DNA of 64,000 bases from Octopus sinensis (GCF_006345805.1 NC_043019.1:8865360-8929359); one strand, 5' to 3'; shown: positions 40,609 to 53,879, numbered from the stretch's first letter. Notes: a model not told the origin generated them from the sequence alone. Translations and numbers: made by a program.

Positions 40609-40870
40609 GTATATATATATGAATATATATGTTATATATATATATATATGTATATATGTGTATATATATATATATGTATGTATGTATGTATGTATAGTAT
40701 ATGTATGTATGCATGTATGTATCTATATATATAAATATATATATTTTCATGTATATATCTATGTATATATATATGTGTGTGTGTATATATATATGTATAT
40801 ATATATATATATATACACACACCACATATATATTATATTATATATATATATATATATATATTACATAACA
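39720..40870. repeat. (TATG)n, (CT)n and (TA)n blocks
   Basis: Direct reading. Confidence 0.9.
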
Positions 40871-41929
40871 CACCTGCATATTATGGTCAAAGAGTATATT
40901 TGAATATGTGTTTATTGTATAAATAAGCGGGTGTCCTTCTGTTTATGTATCTGTGGAGGTATCTCTCAATGTCTGCGTGTATTACTGAAAATATATATAC
41001 GTGCTTCACTATGTGTACGCGCGTGTATTTATGTCTGCATCGACTTCTTAGAGGGCGCCTGTGTCAGTCTGTGGCGGCCATTGAGAGTATACGTCTGCGC
41101 GATCTGCCTCACGCTACGTATATTAATATACTGAATGTGTGAGAATATATGTGCATACGTATACACGCACTTTCACAAATATATGCAAGGAGAGAGAATA
41201 TAATACAGATTTATTGATATTTAAGCGAGTAGACACACATTTCTTGCGATGTTGTAGAATCACTGAGACTTCGAGAAACTTATTTGCTGAATTACACACA
41301 CATATATACCTAGAAACATACACACACATGCACATATGTACACACGCATACACACACATATACACACATACACGTGTACAACACTCAATTATCGTTGTCT
41401 AGGAGACCAAACTCTCCAGTTATTACTAATTAACTCACAATGAATCATGGCCCGTGTCTCTCCAAAACTGAGCGCGGAATCCATCTTGAGCGCGTGACCA
41501 TCTTTGAGCTCGGAATCCGATATTTATGTCTTGCTACATCTCTACTTCAAATATCCTTGTCAGACCCAGTTAACCCCAGTCCATGACTCAAACAGATCAC
41601 CACTCATATCGGATATGATATAGGTTCATTTATTAACTAATTAGTAATTTAATTAACGAAGAAATTACGATTTGCAACTTAGTTGGGAATTTCGAGGCGC
41701 TGTCGTTTATTTTATGAATCCCAGATGAAGAGTTGGTTACTTAGAACACCAGAAGATACCGCTCAGCGACGCTTTTTGGCACAAAATATATTTTCAATGC
41801 GCTACTGGTTTTAATATCACAGTACTATACTGATAAGGTTGAATACATCAGAAACATGACCGGCTGTTACTCTGGACTTCCTTTCTTGAGAATTTATCGA
41901 AAAATCAATAATTTTCGTCTTTTCTCGGC

Positions 41930-42087
41930 TTCTTCTTCTTCTTCTTCTTCTCCTTCTCCTCCTCCTCCTCCTCCTCCTTCTTCTTCTTCTTCTTCTTCTC
42001 CTCCTTCCTCTTCTTCTTCTGCTGCTGCGGCTGCTGCTGTGATGCTGCTGCTGCTGCTGCTACTACTACTACTACTACTACTACTGT

Positions 42088-42128
<41 letters not shown>

Positions 42129-42134
42129 TACTAC

Positions 42135-42203
<69 letters not shown>

Positions 42204-42210
42204 TAATAAT
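41930..42210. repeat. Serial trinucleotide array (TCT)(CCT)(GCT)(ACT)(AAT)
   Basis: Direct reading. Confidence 0.9.
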
Positions 42211-43393
42211 AATACTCTTTCTTCTACTCTTTCTTCTTCATTTTCTCTCTCTCTCTCTTTCTTTTTCCCTTTCCTTTTCGTTACAGGTAACGGCAACGAT
42301 GCATCGTGAAGACTCCTCTGATACCCACCCCCACGCCCTTGCAGCCCTTTTGGGTGAGGGACTTGCAACGTCTTTCCACAGAGAACGTATGCTAGCGAAG
42401 TCCACCTTTGGCCGATCGCTGCAACACCAAATAAAGATGCAAGTAGTAAACTGTTCCGACTTCACTGCGCAAACGCCTAGAAATGAACCCCGTTGATACG
42501 AACAGATGAGTCGGTGTCGTTGTTGTTGTTGCTTTTGTTGTTGATGTTGATGGTGTTGTTATTGTTGATTACTTCGAGGTTCCGTATTCTAGATATAGCC
42601 ACCCCATATTGGAAACATACATAGCTGACATCTAATCCAGCGCTCCTTCTAAGATGTAATAAAAAAAATTAGATCATATCTTAATGAAATACAGGATGGT
42701 CATGGTTGGAATGCTGGGAGATTGTGGAATGACGGGCATTTAGATACAGTTTCTTCCAAACCGAGTACAAGTATACAAGGACCCTATTCTTCGACTTTGC
42801 ATAGACCTAATCTAGTCCTGATGACGCAGGCAAAATTATCGAAGGCGTTCCACTAGTGGCTATCCTGTATTTTATACAGAGTCTATCTTGGAGACGCTAC
42901 ATTGCATACACATGTTACATCACAGCAGGGTGCGGTTTTATAAAGGTTTCGCGACTACAACCCAGTAATTTCCATGGCGCTAGGGTAAGCAGAATCCACA
43001 TAGACGTGTGTTTCCAGTTACAACGATAACGAATAACAACAAGAGCAACAACAACAACAACAACAATAATAATAATAAAATAATAATAATAATAATAATA
43101 ATAATGATAATAATAATAATTAACACTTAATGTTCCATGTAATTTCAGTTTCCCATGTTGACAAGTATACTTCAGAGAGACTTTTCCATAATCTCTGATC
43201 TGGATCCGAACTAATTCCATTCTTTAAATACCAATTAGGAGGTATTCATTTCATGTGTTAAAACGAACGCTCACCATGGGTTTACCGTGTCAGAAAATGA
43301 AATTCACCAGATTTATATTTATATGGATACATATAAACGCATACCACACAAACTCTTATATATATATATAATACATATATATATATATATATA

Positions 43394-43455
<62 letters not shown>

Positions 43456-43856
43456 TGTGTGTATGTATGTATGTAATGTATATATAATGTAGCTTGACCT
43501 GGTTAGGATCAAACCACCATCTGTCACGTAGAATTATTCTGCCACATACAATAAATCTCCGAAGGACATTTAATAATCTCAAACGCTGCCAGGCATCGTG
43601 CGTTTATTTCCCGCTCCAGAATGAAGTGGTCTCATACGCCTGCTTTTTATTCTTTCTTCATGATTTTGTATCCATTATTCTTTCCTTCCATTCGTTATGG
43701 TAGAAGGGATATTTTACTTTCACTTTACTACATTAATACGACCATTAAGCATACAGCGAAAAAATATATGTACACTAGAGTATGCCCCAATTTATTGTAC
43801 ATATATTATTTCCATTATCTGCAGACGCTTTCAAAAGTGTTCGTGTGTCTACATTA

Positions 43857-44213
43857 CACTCTGCCTAAATACAAATCTTGAGAAATTAGGCTTCTCAAAA
43901 CCAGTGAGGAGAGAGTTAATTCGACGACTACAGATCCAATCCATCACTGCAGCTGTAAAAGTCTGTAAAACTTTCCAGAAGTTTATCATTTAAATATATA
44001 TGAGCATGTCTAGATATGTAACTCTATGCATTAGCATACATGCATATAACAAAATATACAAATTTGCACATATACATACATACAATAATACATACATACA
44101 TACATACTTACAAAAATACCTTGTCGTTGATGTTGAAATATTAATGAAGGAACCTTGAATTTAGGTTAGAAACCAGCTCTTTCTCTTTTTGCTAGAAATC
44201 ATGAAATAAAACT
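43857..44213 (+). mobile_element. 3' end of a second copy of the 38.4-39.7 kb R4-like family
   Basis: CLNTNLEKLGFSKPVRRELIRRLQIQSITAAVKVCKTFQKFII*, then a 3' UTR (catgtctaga..ggttagaaacc..tctttctct..gaaatc.tgaaataa) colinear with the reverse complement of 38445-38770. Confidence 0.9.
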
Positions 44214-44229
44214 CAACAAAGACTAGCAT

Positions 44230-44271
<42 letters not shown>

Positions 44272-44353
44272 TCACACATACGAAGAGAGAGAAAGACAAT
44301 GAGAGAGAAGGAAACAAGACACATTCAAAATCTATTTATCGTGGCAGTGTGGA

Positions 44354-44631
44354 GGTGCAGGCGCGGATGTGTGTTGATTAGTTTGTTTCCCAACCACATA
44401 GTTCGGAGATATATCAATGTGTCTGTGTATGCTCCCCACCCATCACCATTACGGCTTAACAACCAGTATTTATGTGATTGCATACTCGTAACCTAGCAGT
44501 TCAGCAAAAGCACCGATAGAATAAGTGCAAGGCTTTAAAAATGTGCAGCAGGGCCCGATTCGTTCCACTTGAATTATTCAAGGCACTGTCTCAGCTTGGC
44601 CAAAATATAATGGCCGAAACAAGATCAAAAA
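44354..44631 (+). mobile_element. SINE family 2 with a central deletion
   Basis: Head ggtgcagg..ttcccaaccacatagttc is joined to the 3' half gtaacctagcagttcagcaaaagcaccgatagaataagt. Confidence 0.7.
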
Positions 44632-44679
44632 GCTAAGCATATAGACAGACAGACAGGCAGATAAGTAGATATATGTATA

Positions 44680-45036
44680 GGTGCAAGAGTGAGCGTGTAG
44701 TGAGTAGCTTGCTTACCAGCCACATAGTCCTGGGTTCAAAGTCCTGGGCATCTTGGGCATGTGTCTTCTACTATAGTCTCGGGCCGACCAAAGCCTTGTG
44801 AGTGGATTTCGTAAACGGAAACTGAAAGAAGCCCATCCTATATATAAATATATATATATATATGTTCGTGTGTGTGTGTATTTCTGTATTTGTACCCCCA
44901 CCATCGATGTTGGTGCGTTTACGTCCACCTAACATAGCGGTCCCGCAAAAGAGACGGATAGACTAAGTCCAAGGCTTACAAATAATGAGTCCTGGGGTCG
45001 ATTTATTCGAATGACTGAAACAAAGAATAAAAGAAT
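44680..45036 (+). mobile_element. SINE family 2, near full length (tRNA head, CORE-like centre, internal microsatellite, 3' tail)
   Basis: ggtgcaagagtg..agtagcttgcttacc..gggttcaaa..cttgggcatgtgtcttctactatag..ggccgaccaaagccttgtgagtggattt..(TA/TG)..gtttacgtcc..gtcctggggtcgattt..atgactgaaacaaagaataaaagaata. Confidence 0.9.
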
Positions 45037-45039
45037 ATA

Positions 45040-45070
45040 TATGTATATACATATATACATACACACACAA

Positions 45071-45140
<70 letters not shown>

Positions 45141-45667
45141 ATATGTATATATATATATATATCATATATATATATATTTAGGTAGGTAGATTGATAGATA
45201 GATAGATAGAGAGATAGAGAGAGATAGAGAGATTTATATATAGATAGATATACATATATAGAGAGTTATATATGCATTAATATATATATATATAATATAT
45301 ATATATATATATACAGAGAGAGAGAGAGAGAGAAAGGTAGAGAGAGACAAAGAGAGAGAGAGAGACATACACATACACTGTCCTTTATTAATATATACAA
45401 TTTATATTTGTGTCAATGGAGAATTTCTCGGAATCAAAGCCAACCTCTTCCTGTATGTATGCAGTTTGGAGTCTGTAATTGATATAAAGAATATGTTCGA
45501 ATACTTTTACAAAAATTTAATAAATGATAATTTTAATTTCCGTTTTGTTCTTAACGTTGAACATTCATTAAGTGACTTTCGTACAGAATGAAGAGATAAA
45601 GAAATACACGAAGCATCCGATCAACGAACCTAAAGGCAAATGCACGAGTGAAAGACATTCTTCATCG

Positions 45668-45713
<46 letters not shown>

Positions 45714-45773
45714 CATAATATATATAGTTATATATATATATAATATATATATATACAATACATACAAACATAT

Positions 45774-45807
<34 letters not shown>

Positions 45808-45857
45808 ATATATATTTATATATATATATATATATTTATATACATATACATATATAT

Positions 45858-45902
<45 letters not shown>

Positions 45903-46101
45903 CATATACATTATACATATATATATATATATATATGTTTGTATGTATATGATATATATATATATATATATATCATAATATACATATATATACACATACA
46001 TATAATATATATGTATATGTGTATATCTATATATATAATATATGTATGTATATGTATACGTATATATATAATATGTATATATATATGTGTATGTATATGG
46101 G

Positions 46102-46157
<56 letters not shown>

Positions 46158-46829
46158 ATATATGTTTGTGTGTGCATGTGTGTGCGTGTATGTATGTATG
46201 TATGTTTATATATCTTTATGTATCGGTACGTGGGTGTATTGCTTATGTCCCTGTTTACAGATAGGGAGATCTGTATGAGAGCTCCTATGTGTATAAAACG
46301 TATGTGTGTGTGTGTGTGTAAGCATATCCTGATGGTGTGTGAGCGCATATGTGCTTAATATTGTGATGAATATGTCTGAAAGTGCGTACATAGATGTAAC
46401 GGTAGTTTTTGTGAGTATGTATATGATATGCTGGTATATGTGTGTATGTGTAAAGTGTGAGCAGAAATATATATGTATATATATAATATTTTATTTAATG
46501 ATTGGATATTAGCCAGGCTCTAAGACGGTGGCACGGTTGGCTGACCAGCTTTCGCTTTGTAATAATTATTGGAGTCTCCATTTTTCATCACATATAAGTC
46601 GGAGAGACAGGGAAGAGGAAAGAAGGGAGAGTGGGGCTATGAGGGACAAAACAGAATAAGAGAGAGAGAGAGAGGGGGGAGAGAGGGAGAGTTTGTCTAG
46701 GAAACATTCAATATGTACACATACTCACACAGAGACTCACATACACACACATATATGTAAGTATGTATGCATATATTATATAGAGAGATTTGCTATATAG
46801 TTAAGTATGTATGTGTGTATATATATATA

Positions 46830-46922
<93 letters not shown>

Positions 46923-46958
46923 TATATATATATTATATATATAATATATATATTATAT

Positions 46959-47001
<43 letters not shown>

Positions 47002-47260
47002 AGATTATTATATATACATACATAGATTTCTCTATACACTAGACCGCTGTGTGTGTGTGTGTTCCTGTATGTATTTATGTATGTATATTTTGCAAATATA
47101 CGATTCATTGTACTTCGTGTCTGTAATCATTTATTTGTGTGACGTGGTGTGAATGTATGCCTTTGTGCGTGTGTATATGTGCGTGAGCGTGTGAGCGTGT
47201 GTGTGTGTGTGTGTGCTTGTTTGTAGGTGTGCAGGTGCGTGTGTTTATGGGCGCTGTGTG
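45040..47260. repeat. Dense (TA)n/(CA)n/(GA)n microsatellite field with short unique islands
   Basis: Direct reading. Confidence 0.85.
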
Positions 47261-47472
47261 TGTGTGCATATGTGTGTGAGATAAAAGTAATATTACCAGA
47301 TTTGTAGTTGGAGGCATGGAGTGGAAGGCATAGGAGGAGGACAACCAGTCGCAGAAGTAGAAAGAAACAGAAGGCCTGCGAATATGAAGAGAAAGTAATG
47401 TTTGTTTGAGATGACGAGGTGTTGAAAGAGGGAAGAAGGGAAGGAGATTCAGTGTGAGAAAATGGGAGCGAG

Positions 47473-47503
<31 letters not shown>

Positions 47504-47881
47504 TTGAGATACTTTGAGTGAGAGCGTTGGAGACTGTTGCGCTGTCTGTCAGGTTGTCCGTCAAATAGATGTCTTACGTATGAACCAACGCTGGAAGGCT
47601 GTGGCATCACCACTAAGAGACACACAGACACACAAGATGGGAATATGGAAGTATGTGTGTATGCTAGTATTTATGAATATACCTATGTAGGTAGGTAGGT
47701 AGGTAGGTAGGTAGGTAGGTAGGTAGGTAGGTTGGTAGGTAGGTAGGTTGGTAGGTTGGTATGTAGTTACGTAGGTAGGTATGCTGGTGGGCAGTTGCCA
47801 GGTAGAAGCCTGAACAGTGTTATTCTTGTAGTGATGAATCTGTCGAATGTCGGAGCGTGACCCTCAAATGCATTTTCCTAG

Positions 47882-48024
47882 TTACACGATTTCTCCGTTT
47901 AACCGATGACCATTCCGTTACTACGACCTGCAGGGATATATATGGTATGGAGTTCGGTGCAACAAAACCGTCATACTGCATCCACTTCGCTGTCCAGTGC
48001 ACTTTCGTACGTCGGTTCACTGTG
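47882..48024 (+). other. Candidate 143-nt plus-strand exon, product unknown
   Basis: aatgcattttcctag|TTACAC..CACTGTG|gtgagt; a single open frame TRFLRLTDDHSVTTTCRDIYGMEFGATKPSYCIHFAVQCTFVRRFTV. Confidence 0.25.
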
Positions 48025-48257
48025 GTGAGTTCTAAGCCAAAGATACGGAAGTGAGTCCCGTCTGCACATATTCTTTACATTGTGTGTGTATGTGTGTGCA
48101 CGTACATGCGTTGGTGTCTGTGTACATATGCATACACTCACACGTGTATCGAAGAGCAGGGAGAGAAATCTTCATTTCAACACGACCGCATACACACACC
48201 CCACATATATACGAACGCATACGCACACCCAAACATATTGGCCAATAGAAATATATA

Positions 48258-49395
48258 TTGGGTCATCCCATAAATAATCCCGTGTTTTCAATTGCATGAA
48301 CTCAAAGTGGGAGGGGTGGGATTAACTACTTGCATCAACTTGTAATAAAAGCAGGTAGGAATGATACTTTATCCTTATTCTTAATGCAAATTTTGATGAG
48401 TGCAGTTCGATTTTAACAGTTATTTTTTCAAAACTATAATAGAAGTGACATAGGAGCACATTCGGCATATTTTGCTTTATGAGTTCAATAAAGGAAACAT
48501 CGGAACAGAGAGTGCGAGGAATATTAATACAGTATATGGGGGTTGGACAATAAGTGTAAGCCAGTCTCAAGAAATTCCGAGCTGGAAGCTACAACCTAGA
48601 AGACGAGCCTCCCGCTGAAGATCTGTAGAACTCGACGAGGACATCCTGCAATCCCTGCTGGAACAAAAGTCCCATGGCAAATGTTGAGAACCTAGCAGAG
48701 AAGCTGGGATTTGGTCATTCAATTCAGCGCTAATAGGAAAACGACTATCTTTGGTTCAAAGACCAAAAGTGTTCTTCCATCAGGATATTACTCTGCCAGA
48801 GACAGCGAGGATGACATTCCAAAGGCTGGCGTAGTTTGAATGGGAATCGATGCCCCACCCATCATATTCGCTGGACATTGTCCCATCTGATCATCAATTA
48901 TTCCGCAGTCTTCAAAATCATTTGGAGGGAAACAATATGAATTCTGTAGACGAGTACTGGAGGAGTATTTTTCGTCACGGACAAGGGAATTTTGGAAGAA
49001 GGATGCTGGACGTCTACCAGATAAATGGAAAAACATTTTAGAAAGTGAAGGAGAGTATATTTTAGATTAAAAAAGGAATTTGTTTATTTTAATTTGGCAA
49101 AATAAACTCATCCGAACATTTTTGTACTTTCTGCTTTTTCCGATTATCGTTTCTTCTTCCTCTAATCTTTCTTACTCTGTTTTCTCCCAATACGCTAACC
49201 ACCAACCCTTTTTTATTTTCTCTCTCTGCTTTCTGTTGAAGAGCGTAGGCTCGAAACTTTAAGGACTTTCTCACTTCCCGAGAGTTAAACTAATACATCT
49301 CTTTGTTGCTTACACACTTGTCTTCGTCTTTTGTTTTTTTTTCTTTCTGTAAATTCCAACGAATAAAAAAATGCACTATTTATGGGTTGACCCAA
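48258..49395 (+). mobile_element. Mariner (DD34D) element, non-autonomous, with TIRs and TA target duplication
   Basis: TA|TTGGGTCATCCCATAAATAAT..ACTATTTATGGGTTGACCCAA|TA. Transposase relics EHIRHILLYEFNKGN..; HQD..PHPSYSLDIVPSD (34 residues between the two D); EEYFSSRT..PDKWK..EGEYILD*. Central deletion, stops and frameshifts. Confidence 0.92.
49190..49357 (+). mobile_element. Penelope-type short repeat with a hammerhead-like motif (49229-49266), nested in the mariner 3' UTR
   Basis: cgctaaccac..ctttCTGTTGAagagcgtaggctcGAAACtttaagg..ttaaactaatacatct..cttgtcttcgtc; colinear with 6112-6300. Confidence 0.65.
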
Positions 49396-50204
49396 TACTT
49401 GAATAATCATCAAAACTTATTTTTTCCGACGCTTCTGAAGGTTTTTTAAAAATAAAAATAAATCTTGAATAAGATGATTATATTTGAATTATGTATATTA
49501 TCTCGATATGCATTGTGTAATATTGTAAATGATTCGGAAGTAATTTCCGTTGGGGTTATATCGTTAGAATCAACGAAACTAGAGGCAGTTGTAAAGAGTT
49601 CTGTTTGTGATGTTAAAGTCGATGTTTGAATTGAAAGGGTTAATTAATCATTTAGAATGTTCGAGTAACAATGGCTAACAATCACCGAGTTTTTTTTAAT
49701 GAAAAACTTCATTATCTCTATGATACACTGCGAGATGCACAAAAATTTGGTTATGGAAGTTAGGTGCGATATTTTCTCTTCATTATCTCATACCACAAAA
49801 TATTTAATGGACTGCTTTGGGTATTTTATTTGATTTCATAAAACAATTTTATAAAGGTTTTCAGTATATAAATGGGAAAACAGACACTAACTATTAAAGG
49901 CAAACCTAAGATATAGCAGCCTACTGCTGTACGTATCTCTAATAAGTGAAGGCTGTTAGTTGTAACAATGAATGATTGATGAAAATGTGGTCTACGAATT
50001 CTGATTTGGTGTCAGTCTAAGTTAAAGTTCATCTTTGTCAGGTGAAAGCATTGGACAATGAAGTGAAGTGACTTATGTTATCTAAGAGCACAGCATATCT
50101 TCTCTTTAGGAAACCGGGTTCCGTTATATATTCGAAAAACCCAGCAGTGTAATCTCTATGCTACACATTTTCTCATTTGCACACATACGCATATATATAT
50201 TATG

Positions 50205-50360
50205 AGGCATCGGCTTGAAAGGTTTAGTTAATAAAATCGACACTACTAATTAGTTTTAAGTCGAATACTTACACTATCAAATTCTTTTCTTCGCACTGCT
50301 AAGTCACAAGGACGTAAACAAACCAATGCTTGTTGTCAAGTGGTTGGGAGAGAAACGCAA
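50205..50360 (-). mobile_element. SINE family 2, 3' half, diverged
   Basis: Minus strand cacttgacaac..ttggtttgtttacgtccttgtgacttagcagt..gatagtgtaagta..gtcgatttt..cctttcaagccgatgcc. Confidence 0.65.
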
Positions 50361-50499
50361 ATTCCAAGTCGTACATTCACAAATACGCATATATTTATAC
50401 AGTTATATACCTATACACATACACATACACATACACACATACAATGAAAACGAAATCAATTTCAATAAATGGGGGTTTAATAAACACCTCGGCTGCGGA

Positions 50500-50599
50500 N
50501 NNNNNNNNNNNNNNNNNNNNNNNNNNNNNNNNNNNNNNNNNNNNNNNNNNNNNNNNNNNNNNNNNNNNNNNNNNNNNNNNNNNNNNNNNNNNNNNNNNN
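50500..50599. other. Assembly gap (100 N)
   Basis: Run of N; the true size is unknown. Confidence 1.
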
Positions 50600-51299
50600 T
50601 TCTGGTTCTACATCCTAAAATTCTCTAAGTTCTAAAATTCTAAAATTTCGAAATGCATCTAAAATTCTTTAATTTTTACCATAATGGAAAGCCCTAATCA
50701 AATTAAATCAATAAAAAACCGAATCAAATTGATACACGCCATAAATTGATTTCGAATTTAAAATCTAGGTTCTTTGCCTGATGTGAGTATGGAGCGGCAG
50801 AAGCTACACCAGCGTCATCAAGCTATACAGCACCAAGTAAATGGTGAACGGAGGTAAATGTGGTTCATGTGAAATATGATTGAAGCAAACAAGGAAATCA
50901 AGGGAAAATTCTAGCGGGGTGGAGGGCTGTAAGGGAAACAGTATTGAATTTGGACAGAAAAGCGTTAAGACACCAGTCATACTATCAGCAATAATATATG
51001 AAGTGCAAAGAGTTTGTTATAAGAGAGCGAAATACAAATACAGCGAACGGGACCTGCGTGAAGGTCAGAAGGAATATTAAAAGGAATTAACTGAGCTTGA
51101 CAAAGAAGCATATTAGGAGAAACAGAGGGGAAACAGAGGGGTTGTTAATGGTTCGGAAAGCGAAAGAAATATCAGTTGAAATCTATGGGGAACGTAGACG
51201 GGAGGTATGAACAATAGAAAGGAAATGTGTCTAACAATGGGTTCCAATGGAATAGAAAACAAAGAATGAGTGCGAAAACAGCTGTGGCAAGAACAACGA

Positions 51300-53550
51300 C
51301 TATAGCATTATTAGAGATGAAACGGTTTCTTCACTATAAACCAAGAAACTTACCACCAGGGTTCAATGGAAGCGTCAGTTTCGAAGGAGTGACGTGAAAA
51401 GGAGAAATTGGCAAAAGGTTCTGAAATTACTTTTTAAGAAAAGAAAACGAAAACAATACAACATGAAAAAGGAATGGCTTGAAGGAGGAAAAAAAGATTA
51501 TTAGAAACTAAAATGATATACAATTTGATGCAATGTTTGTTAGTAAATGATAACGAAAATCACCCAACAGTAAACAGTAAGGTTTGGCAATATTCAAGGT
51601 TTCTTGTTAAAGAAATGGAGCTCACTGTATGAATTGACACAGCGCTTTATAGCATTTTGAATGAAGATGTTTAGCATCATGGAAGTCTCAAAGTAAAAGA
51701 ATGTTGTGCTTAAGAGACCCAGGAAAAAGAAACGAAATTGATAATTTTCATTCAATGTCGTGTCTTCTCCGTATGTGAAAATTACTGGCCGTAATGATCT
51801 CAGAGACCTCATATTCAGTATATGAGAAACAACGAATATTATTCGATGGGCCAAAGATTCTGTCTTAGTAACTGCAGGGAGTGAATGCTGATTGACAGAT
51901 TGACATGTTGAAAGATTGTAAGATCGGACACACCAATTTAACGTGAGGATAGATTATAAAAAGGTATGCGGTATAGAAATTCATTCTTGGATCTGAACAT
52001 AAGGTAATGTTGTGTGACATATTGAAGGACATTGCGGGAAAGAATCTAAATGTTTAGGAATATTAGAAGCCAAAAAAGATTAAAGACATTGAAAGGAATA
52101 ACAAAAATTTTAAATAGTGTAAATGGAAGAAATATGGCTTGATAATAAACTTCATGAATGAAATGTGGATGAAGAATATTCCAGTGGAAAAGGAAAATCC
52201 CGAAAGTCTAAGGGGAAGGGGCAAAAAATTGATTAAATTACATGAAACATTATTCTCAAAAAGGGTCTTCGGGTTTTATCATCTCCTGTAAAATTGAGAA
52301 GGGGAGATTTCATCAATTGTGGCGAATACATAAGAAGTGAATAGAAAGGAAACGAGGATGGTATGTAGCTAATAATTCAGAAACGTTGATGTTTGTTTTA
52401 AGAGACCCTGATGTGAGAGAGTCTGAGAACTGCATTTGCATGTGTGTGGGGGGGGGGCATAAGAACAGAATTGAAGAAAATAAGACAAATTGAAAAAGAA
52501 AAGGATTGGAAGACAGTTTGTTTTAGAGGTTAAAAGAGAGGATAAGCAAAAGAATGGCCGAGGAAACCAGTTCTAAGTATGGAAGGATAGAGTTTATCTC
52601 AGCAGCGCAAGAACAAACACTTAGAAGAGACTGTGTTAAATATCTTGTTAAGAGCGTTAAATCATTCTTACGATAACTTCGTGATGAAAGTGGGAAAGTG
52701 TTAGTCATAAACCAAGCGAATACACTAACTGCAGGAGATGCGGCAGCATTATACGCACGGTTTAGTGGAAACTATGGAATAACTTGCATTGAGCTGGTAG
52801 GTGGCAAAATCATTAATCTAAAGCGGTGGAACAAAATGAGGAATTTCAAGTCGTCGTGGAATTTCAACATTCGAGGGATCGAGGCAAGACGGTTAGATTT
52901 TGTTATCGTCAACGAAAAGAAAATTACCGCTCAATCTCTCTCTATATAAAGCTGAAGTTGTCTCTGTACGGCAGGTTTGGTAGCCTTAAATTAACACTAT
53001 CTCCTCCGAGACCCTGCGGCGCAAATTGACCAAAATTGAAAGTATGATAGAAGAAGGCTTGCTCTTCATTCCGGAGAAGAAAAAGTTTCAAATCGGACCA
53101 TGTTAACACCAAAAATTATTCACATCAAAAAAGTGCTTTTTGTCTATGAAAATCCCTATTTTTTACAATTTTTTGACTGCTGTATCGCCATTTTTCGGTG
53201 TATTTCAACCAGAAAAATGTTCATTTAAAGGAAATAACAAGCTACATAATGCAAAATTTTTACTTTTCAAAAATTCCAATTCTAAAGTGTCGCAAAGAAA
53301 ACAAACCCAAGCAACACCGGGCGCTACTGCTGAATAAGTAAAAAAGCGTCTCTGTTTGAGAACAGAATGTGAGATAAAGAACGAGTATGGACTGAGAAAC
53401 GTTATGATTGGAAAAGGAGAAAGTTGCAGAACATGATTCATATTCGAAATTGGAGCTTCTGGCTCGATCATAACAACATTCGATCAGAGCTAGCTTTCAC
53501 AGAAAATGCAGAGAATAGGTTTACTGCAAACTAGTAAGCAACGAGTACAA
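51300..53550 (+). mobile_element. Old, heavily decayed R4/Dong-like non-LTR element (RT through endonuclease), interrupted by a Helitron; may extend 5' to ~50800
   Basis: Colinear relics: IQGFLLKKWSSLYE; RMLCLRDPGKRNEIDNFHSMSCLLRM*KLL; LKDCKIGHTNL..IDYKKVCGIEIHSWI (cf. WIDYKKAYD.VPHSWI); ISAAQEQTLRR; WNFNIRGIEARRLDFVIVNEKK; after the insertion EIGASGSI and MQRIGLLQTSK. Confidence 0.85.
52935..53334 (+). mobile_element. Non-autonomous Helitron-like element (~400 bp)
   Basis: Starts TC(tctctctatataaagctgaagttg) after a host A; ends with the hairpin CCCAAGCAACACCGGG followed by cgctactgCTGA (decayed CTRR); no TSD; the host R4 sequence resumes after it. Confidence 0.65.
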
Positions 53551-53879
53551 CTGAGCGAATTAGTTTTACCGATGAACTCAATGAGGTTTGCCGAGGAAGT
53601 CAGTCAGTATAGATTATCTATCCACTAGGCACTCCAACAATGGACTCTCCTTCTTCATAAAAGAAACATCCCAGTACTAAATAGGAAATATACGTCGTAG
53701 GTAGTCACACCCCTACACCCTGGAATATGGAATGCAGGGTAAGTCACCGTTAATTCATATACCTGTCATCTTGTGAATATCCTTGGATTTATTTCGCATC
53801 GTTCCGGCCTTATCCAAGAATTTCCTTTAATATATAAAGAGAGAGACAGAAACACACACACACACAAAGAAAGAGACAG

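Noticed and set aside
42287-42496. ORF MHREDSSDTHPHALAALLGEG.. after a strong acceptor
   Set aside because: No recognisable domain, and the pyrimidine tract comes from a (CT)n repeat; kept only as a weak signal in the plus-strand finding.
50605-50670. ctaaaattc repeated four times right after the gap
   Set aside because: Short AT-rich repeat at a contig edge; no structure beyond simple repetition.
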